In this document: positions 59,908-64,000 of the stretch, one piece after another | Layout: each line of letters begins with the position of its first letter | How positions within the stretch are numbered: the stretch's first letter is position 1 | Assembly: GCA_002269645.1 (NCBI GenBank) | Contig: NIVC01001512.1 | Span: 211,368 to 275,367, forward strand | DNA from: Macrostomum lignano | Taxonomy: Eukaryota | DNA: 64,000 bases | Direction of reading: 5' to 3' | Program-made: the position numbers and the translations under genes | The notes under the pieces: generated by a model | Told to the model about the DNA's origin: nothing | Seen by the model: the letters and a program-made list of their open reading frames with translations, nothing else | The model's database searches: none

Positions 59908-62900
59908 TAAAGCTGTCGATAAAGATAACTATAGAAGTAAACACTGCCTAATAATAATACCTGTTGTTAGTTGCCCGAAGCTGCCCGCTGCCATATTGAT
60001 GCTTCTGCTGTTGCTGCTGCTGCTGGGCCTGCTGCTGCGACTGCTGCTGAGTCTGACGCAACGACAAGCTGTCAGAATCGGAGCTCTGACAATCCGAGTC
60101 AACGCGCTGCACAGTCTTGTGTTGTTGCTGCTGCTGCTGCTGCGGCTGCCTGCCGCCTACAGCTCCACCGCTAGTCGTGCATCTCCTATGCATAGTCGGA
60201 CTATTATCCGACGAAGTGGTCTCCGGGGCGGAGCTGTCCAGTGTGCAGCGGCCGCGCGGCGGCACCGTGGCTTTGAAACGCATGCAGCGCAGCTTTGTGT
60301 CCATCTGGAATGAGCAGAGAGTTGCGCGATTTGCTTTGTCAGAAGCTTCGTCACTCCCTCCGTCCTCTCCCTTCACCCACTCTGCCCTCGCCCGTCACTC
60401 CCTCCGTCCTCTCCCTTCACCCACTCTGCCCTCGCCCGTCACTCCCTCCGTCCTCTCCCTTCACCCACTCTGCCCTCGCCCGTCACTCCCTCTGTCCTCT
60501 CCCTTCACCCACTCTGCCATCGCCCGTCACTCCCTCCGTCCTCTCCCTTCACCCACTCTGCCCTCGCCCGTCACTCCCTCCGTCCTCTCCCTTCACCCAC
60601 TCTGCCCTCGCCCGTCACTCCCTCTGTCCTCTCCCTTCACCCACTCTGCCCTCGCCCGTCACTCCCTCTGTCCTCTCCCTTCACCCACTCTGCCCTCGCC
60701 CGTCACTCCCTCTGTCCTCTCCCTTCACCCACTCTGCCCTCGCCCGTCACTCCCTCCGTCCTCTCCCTTCACCCACTCTGCCCTCGCCCGTCACTCCCTC
60801 CGTCCTCTCCCTTCACCCACTCTGCCCTCGCCCGTCACTCCCTCCGTCCTCTCCCTTCACCCACTCTGCCCTCGCCCGTCACTCACTCTGTCCTCTCCCG
60901 TCACTCCCTCTGTCCTCTCCCGTCACTCCCTCTGCCCTCGCCCGTCACTCACTCTGTCCTCTCCCGTCACTCACTCTGTCCTCTCCCGACACTCCCTCTG
61001 TCCTCTCCCGTCACTCCCTCTGTCCTCTCCCGTCACTCCCTCTGCCCTCGCCCGTCACTCACTCTGTCCTCTCCCGTCACTCTCTCCTATCCTCTCCCAT
61101 CACTTCTTCTGTACCTCTTCCCTCTTCCGTAACATCTTTTTTCCATTTCCAATCCTCTCTCTCTATCAACGCCCATCACTCGCCTCTGAATCGTCGTCCA
61201 GAGCGCTGCTGCTGTCAGCTCCCTCATCAGCAGCCTGGCCTGCACTGCTGCTATTGACTGAGCGCCGATAATACGAAGCAGCCGCGGCAGAGCCGGCAGA
61301 CGAAGTCACCAAAGTCGAAGCCGCGTCGACAGGTCCGGCAGACGCGGACGAAGCAGCCGCCTGACCGCCGGGTTCAACAGAAGACGACGCCGTCTGAGCC
61401 GCAGCAGCCGCTGCCGCAGCTTGTTGCTGCTGCTGTTGTTGCTGCTGCTGCTGCTGCTGCAACTGATATTGCAACAACTGTTGCTGTTGCAATTGCTGCT
61501 GCTGTTGCTGCTGCTGGTCCCTTTCAGCCCAGGCGAGCAGCTGCGAATGCGAACAGCTCAGGCACATATTGAGCGGCGGCGCCCGAAAATTTGGATTCAC
61601 CGACCTGTCTAATAGCCGGTCAAGGACGTCGGACAATCGGCCGAGATCGTCCTTGTAGGCGCAGATTAGCATAGTGGCCAGATCGTCTTTCTGTCTGCGC
61701 TGGCCTTCAACCAGCAGCGGGTGCTCGTGCTCGGACACTCTTGGCCGCATGGACAGGGCGGCCAGTGCGGTGCGGAAGCCCAGCTGTTCGTCATCGGACG
61801 GGCCATAGCGCAACACCTCGAAGATGTACTGAGCCAGCACGATGGCAAGGTGGTGCGCGGCTCCGGCTTGGTGACGCCAGTAGCCAAGTCGATGATAGAG
61901 CGGGCTCTGGCGCGGAGAGATTCCCTGTGCGCGAAATTTTAAAGCCATTTTAGATTAGTAGATAAGATTACCAGATATAGCATATTGTTATTATGCAGTC
62001 CTAACTATCAACAATCGTCAGTAGGTAACCCAGCATAGGGCGGATATGAAATAGATGAACGATGGTGGGAAGACAGAGATGAAAATATGGGCATTGGAAT
62101 AAGATGAGAGGACGGATATGAGAGTATAGGGATTGGGAAGATGGAGACTGGACGGTGGGGATGGGAAGGCGGAGATGGGATGATGGGGATGGGAAGATGG
62201 GAATGTGAATATTGGAATGGGAAGATGGGATGGGAAGATGGGGATGGGAAGATGGGGATGGGAAAATTAGAATGGGAAGATGGAATGGGAAGATGGGATG
62301 GGAAGATGGGGATGGGAAGATGGGGATGGGAAAATTAGAATGGGAAGATGGGGATGGGAAGATGGGATGGGAAGATGGGGATGGGAAGATGGGGATGGGA
62401 AAATTAGAATGGGAAGATGGGGATGGGAAGATGGGATGGGAAGATGGGGATGGGAAGATTGGAATGGGAAGATGGGGATGGGAAGATGGGAATCGGCAGT
62501 GGGAATATGGGGATGAGAAGATTGGGATGGGAAGATGGGAATCGGCGGTGGGTATATGGGGATGAGAAGATTGGGATGGGAAGATGGGGATCGGCGGTAG
62601 GATTGTGGGGATGGGAAGATGGGAATCGGCAGTGGGAATATGGGGATGGGAAGATGGGGATGGGAAGAAAGTGGGACAAGAAAGGAGAAATGGGAAAAAA
62701 TGAAGAAAGTGGAAGCGGCCTCCTCCAATCGTAATGAGATCAGGTGAAGCAAGAAACCACATCGCAAATAATAACAAACTAACCTAAACGCAGAGTGCGG
62801 CCTTGTCGATTTGAGCAGCTGATAGAGCTCGTGCTCCTGGTTAAGCAGTTTAACTTCCAGAGCCCGAATTCGAGACGGCGCCCTGGGCAGTGACAGCACG

Positions 62901-63425
62901 TGTACGCACAGGCGGAATCGCAAACCGTCTGGGCTCGTCTGGCAGTAGGTTGCTCAGAAAAATAGCCTGCCCAATCATGCCAGAGTATAGCTGGGCTACG
63001 TCAGTAGTGGCTTGCTGATCAGACCAAGCCACGCTGTGCTGCTGCTGTTTGCTTCTTGGCTTTGCCGCCGCCTTTGCCCTGCTTTTGCATTTTTCCGCCA
63101 CCATTGGCGCCGGCATTATTAGCATCGAATCTGACTAGCAGAGCAGCGGAACTGGTGCGCAATACTCGATCATATTCGGCGGCAACACTATCCGATAACA
63201 GTTTGTTGGCTAAGCAGCGAGCCAATTGGCCAGCTTCCCTGGCGTAGCCGTGAGCGTGCAGGGCTTCGCAACGATTGAACAGCAGATTGTGCTGCAGCAG
63301 TAGCTCTGGGGTGGATCTTTGCTGCTGCTGCTGCCTGCCAGCCGTTGACGCCACCTTCTGGCTGTTGACGGCGACTTCTTCGTTTAACTGACCGACTGGG
63401 TCAATCGAGGAGCTCAGTGCAGAAT
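55806..63425 (-). CDS. ZSWIM8: ZSWIM8 (Dora/EBAX-1) orthologue, 3' part; exons ~63425-62784, 61924-~61180, ~60333-59961, 59619-59145, 58495-58272, 57697-56742, 56031-55806; 5' exons lie outside the window; ~5 apparent 1-nt frameshifts
   Basis: CEALHAHGY, ALEVKL, LGFRTALAAL..EHEHPLLVEGQRRQKDDLA..YKDD, DSSAPETT, HHMFELAK..AGG, FQVGLYALGL..SRTYSSHVSWI, HLTPPEV, AHTLNPQEI, YIDYRLNHLT..KKDLW. Confidence 0.9.
56078..56722. repeat. 23-bp minisatellite (minus-strand unit CAGAATCGCCCTCAAACCCCATT), intronic
   Basis: Tandem copies read directly. Confidence 0.95.
57778..58165. repeat. 21-bp minisatellite (GGTCCTTCAGGGTGACAATAT)n, intronic
   Basis: Tandem copies read directly. Confidence 0.95.
58560..58832 (-). 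mobile_element. tRNA-derived SINE in a ZSWIM8 intron
   Basis: Minus strand has A-box TAGTGGTTAA and B-box GGTTCGATTCC, followed by TGTGTCCTTAAGCA...CACCCAGCTGTAAAATGGGT, typical of CORE/V-type SINE bodies. Confidence 0.7.
59803..59903. repeat. (AGAT)n(AGAC)n microsatellite
   Basis: Visible directly. Confidence 0.95.
60345..61082. repeat. 44-bp pyrimidine-rich minisatellite, intronic in ZSWIM8
   Basis: (CCCGTCACTCCCTCCGTCCTCTCCCTTCACCCACTCTGCCCTCG)n. Confidence 0.95.
62135..62670. repeat. GGGATGGGAAGATG-based minisatellite, intronic
   Basis: Tandem copies read directly. Confidence 0.9.
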
Positions 63426-64000
63426 CTGAAATAAATTAGTATAATAGAATAGTAATGCTAATCATAACAGGTGAGCTCGCTGACTCCCTTGCTAAGACGG
63501 GCAGTTCCAGCTCGCTCCTTGGCCCCGTGCCTCTCTGCCCCCTCGCCGCAGTCATTAACCGTCAGATTAACGACTGGGCGGATATCCGGCATTCGACTGC
63601 CGCCAATCCCGAGCGGCAGTGGCCCAATCCGTCCCTTAAGTTGCGGAGAATGCTTTTGAACCCCAAAATTGAAAGATAACCGCCGCGCTCTCATTGCTTT
63701 GCCAGGCACTGCTTACTCCGAGGCATACATGAGCAACTGCTGGCCGACTTAACCGATCCGGCCACCGTAAATTGTGGTGGACCAGGGGGTAAGTCGCAAA
63801 AATGCACACCAAAATACTAATTAGATGACGAAGGCATTTAGCCCTAATAATACAGTCATAGTTACTTCTGCCGTTTACCTCGGAGTCGATGTGTCGATTT
63901 TTCTTCAGGATTTCTTTCGCAGGTAAGTCGCATTTTTGGTCAAAAAGTAAGTCGCATGGCCAGTGTAAATCAGGGGGGTTGCGCATGTATGCTCGAGGCG

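Noticed and set aside
63760-63960. Repeated GTAAGTCGCA motifs suggesting a Tc2/pogo-like transposon end
   Set aside because: Only partial TIR-like similarity, and the element runs off the window edge

Overview
Eukaryotic (animal) genomic DNA with GC-rich exons and introns filled by minisatellites. The style is compatible with a flatworm such as Macrostomum (inference only). Host genes: the 3' exons of an MSS51/ZMYND-like gene (+, ~3.7-5.5 kb), an intronless RNF168-like RING E3 ligase (+, 12747-14318), a six-coding-exon synaptotagmin-12 orthologue (+, 38546-50608) and the 3' two-thirds of ZSWIM8 (-, 55806-63425, continuing past the window). There are two LTR retrotransposons with apparently identical LTRs, each inserted into a minisatellite. 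One is a compact, intact 4.8-kb Mag-like Gypsy element in a Syt12 intron. The other is the highlight: a 16.9-kb Ty3/Gypsy element (19510-36373, -) whose polyprotein runs gag - envelope glycoprotein - protease - RT - RNase H - integrase. The envelope, which resembles class III (gB/chuvirus-G-like) fusogens, sits between gag and pol. It has an internal signal peptide, a mucin-like insert bounded by two furin sites and a TM anchor. The element also carries about four accessory ORFs on both strands, including a small FAST-like membrane protein and a BC-box-like protein. Single-base frameshifts occur both in this element and in conserved ZSWIM8 exons, so many are probably assembly indel errors. All family assignments come from motif recognition by eye; no searches were run.
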